This document shows positions 61,501 to 64,000 of a DNA stretch of 64,000 nucleotides, piece by piece; the first letter of the stretch is position 1, and each line of letters begins with the position of its first letter. A program made the translations under genes and the position numbers. The notes beneath the pieces are model-generated. The model saw nothing but the letters and a program-made list of their open reading frames with translations, made no database searches and was not told where the DNA came from. Source of the DNA: Podospora anserina (lineage: Eukaryota). The stretch lies in assembly GCA_017654855.1 (NCBI GenBank), contig CM030334.1:3100001-3164000 (forward strand). Direction: 5' to 3'.

Positions 61501-64000
61501 GGTGGCATCGGCGGTATCAGTGGCATGGGGGTGGTCCAAGCGCCGGTGCCGAACCACACAGAAGTGCTTCAAAACACAGCAAGTCGCTTCAAGTATGTTT
61601 CTAGGAGAACTTTGAGGTGAGCCCTGAGCCCTGAGTGCCCGTGCTGTCGTCGGCGGTAGTTTTACCACGTCGTAGTAGCTGCAAGATACCCGCCGCGCGA
61701 TGTTGAAAATAGCCACGGAGCCTCTCGAGACAAGAAACACCACGACCGAAGCGAACATCCAAGCTGAGGTCACTTGCAAAGTCCCAGAACGATGTGGGGT
61801 AGTAGGTATACCTACCTAACCTTACCTTGGTGTTCCAGGTTAGCAGAGCACAACCCGGAGAAATTCTCATCCAAACATCGGTCACGGTTCCTTGGGTCTG
61901 GACCTTGGCTGCGATTATGCGGCGGGTGTCACCAGCAGCGCACCTCACCTCGTACACGACCACCCTTTGTTTTGAGCTTATAGCTATCACCTATCTACCT
62001 ACTCCTAAGCAGACCAGCTGAAGGAAGGTAGGCCCTACGGACGCGCCCTTCCGCAGCCCGGGCAGCCCTTCGACGGATCCAGGAACCCACGAATATAGTG
62101 GATATTAAAAAGGTGTGTCAAACCCTCGGCTCCATCTCTCAATCCGTCTCGCTACGCATATGTCGGCCTGCCGGTGGGGTTGGACCTCAAGTCAAGGTGG
62201 TTACTGATCCCACATGCAGACCTGCAGCCGGGCAAACCCCCTCTTGATCGACGGAAACACTCGTTTCGTTCTGGCCATCCCTCAGAGGAAACTGTTTTCA
62301 CATCCAGTCCGGTTTCATCCAACCGTCACCCCCCATTGCGGACTGGTTCTTGATCCAGGGCCGCTCCTCTGGGAAACTGGCACGCTCTCGTGGCATGTGC
62401 TCCGACTGATGATGTGCTTGCCAGTGGCGCATACTGAGGCACCAAGAGGACCCCCCTTAGCGTCTGGATGTGGCACGGTGAGCAGCTTGCAGCAAGCTCC
62501 CTGTCTGCATTTGGGGTTGCTTGGAAGCATATGCTGTGTGCTCAGCCATAGAACCACCCTCCCGTCTACCTCTCTTCGGTCATGCTTCCGCTTGGTACAG
62601 ATTTCAGTCTCCAAGTCCGAAGACGATCAGGTTCGGCAACTGTTGATTGGTGTCTTCGTCTGGAACACAGCCTAGGCAACCGGCCTATGTGTACGTTGAC
62701 CAGAAAAGACGCTATGCATTCGCCACGAGTTCAGATGGCAACCCACCAACCAAGTTGTTCAGCAAACGCGCACAAGACTGCAAGTAAGCCGCCCTGATAG
62801 CTGGCTTCCGTCGACCATGTAGCACTCTCGAATGTCGTTTCGGGTTTTTGACTCACGAAATTAGTTCAAAGCATGGATGTATAGGTAACCACAAGCTCCA
62901 TCTCAACCATCAAGCCACCGGTGACCCAACACGCCTCGTACTTTGCCAACCTGGAGGCGGCCAAATCCGCTACAACGAGGTGTGGCGCGCTCGGGTCCCA
63001 GCAAGGCCCCTTGTTCAGAGAGATTTATATCTTCCCGGTCTGACGATGACCTGAAACAACACCAACTCCTACCCAGTGAGCCTTGTTATCTCACGGGCGA
63101 GTGAAGCACTTTCAGTGCCATGGGAAGCAATGTCACACCATGTGATCTCCCGTACGGACTCGGTCATATCTGAGACCACTTGTACATATGTGCCGTGGCA
63201 TCTTGCCGCCCTTGGAGAGCATCATTACCGCCTTCTTCGTTGGGGATCATGTTGCTGATTGACCAAGACCGGATTTGAAGAGTCCAAGTCGAACACAGCA
63301 CGCACCCGGTCAAGTCAACACCACCAACCACCCAGCCAGTCTGGGCAAGTCAAAGACAAAAGTGAGACTCAGCACCAAGTGTGGTCGCCAATCTGTGCAC
63401 AGCATGCGCAAAGACTTTCGGCAAGTGCTTAGCTCGGGCGAGTTAATGACATTGACTGTTGTCCCGAGTATCGCACTCCAGTAGAGCTGCTAATCACGTT
63501 GTCAAGCATAGTCAAGTGCTCTTGCCCTCTTCAAATGGGCCTGACTTATTCATATATTCAGGTCCTGTACACAAGTCTGCACCGGCCCGGCCTGAAATAC
63601 GACCTTGATCTGAGCCGATCTGGTCTCCGATATGAGGCTCACGGAACTCCTAGATTGTGGCACGCAACACCAAGCTCCGTTTCACACAGCCCACGGCATC
63701 CTGCCCGGAGCTGGACACGGGTGGGACGTCTAGTTTGTGACATTCGTCTGAACATAGAGTTGACAAGCCGGGCGAAGTGTTTAGATACATGCCTGTTTCG
63801 CCGTAAGCTGATGCTTTTGCTCCCACACTCCCACACGGCCAACGGCTGCCGATATACCATTGGCTCCCCGCAGAAACTGAGCGCATGGCCCCACCACGTC
63901 TGCCGAGCTTCGAGAACGATTGCCTGGAAGTGATAGGCTGGCCGGACTTCCGATGTACGGAGAGACGCGTGTGTAGCACGAGTCTCTTTCTCCACGAGAC

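Noticed and set aside
1-64000. CRISPR arrays, transposons/RIP relics, rRNA/5S/tRNA genes, secondary-metabolite cluster, NLR/het or meiotic-drive genes
   Set aside because: Eukaryotic housekeeping region; none of the diagnostic repeats, domains or AT-rich blocks were seen by eye.

Overview
Eukaryotic, intron-containing DNA from a filamentous ascomycete. Short introns with GT..CTRAC..YAG signals, the gene content and the base-composition style suggest Sordariales, Podospora/Neurospora-like (inference). I can support 20 protein-coding genes, with exon junctions worked out by hand: VPS24, YRA1, a 48-aa OST4 missed by the ORF track, TMA46, an SDR, an AT-hook/C2H2 protein, the nrc-2 kinase, a DUF3176-like protein, a putative mitochondrial membrane protein, RIX7, a mitochondrial carrier, a LYR/DUF1763 protein, an MFS sugar porter, a CHS7-family chaperone, a cytochrome b561 protein, allantoicase, an ankyrin-DIL protein, a TBC Rab-GAP and a Pro/Gln-rich protein, plus one probable pseudogene counted among the 20. 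I recognised no transposon, tRNA, rRNA or biosynthetic cluster. The most interesting signals are post-transcriptional. (1) The nrc-2 UAG stop is followed by a 105-codon in-frame extension, a candidate for A-to-I stop-loss editing or readthrough. (2) The sugar porter has a 161-codon AUG-less in-frame N-terminal extension overlapped by an out-of-frame uORF. (3) YRA1 has an 865-nt intron carrying repeated motifs. (4) A roughly 165-nt multi-stem intergenic RNA candidate ends in T5. (5) A hairpin-embedded uORF precedes the carrier. All family calls come from recognising motifs by eye, not from database searches.
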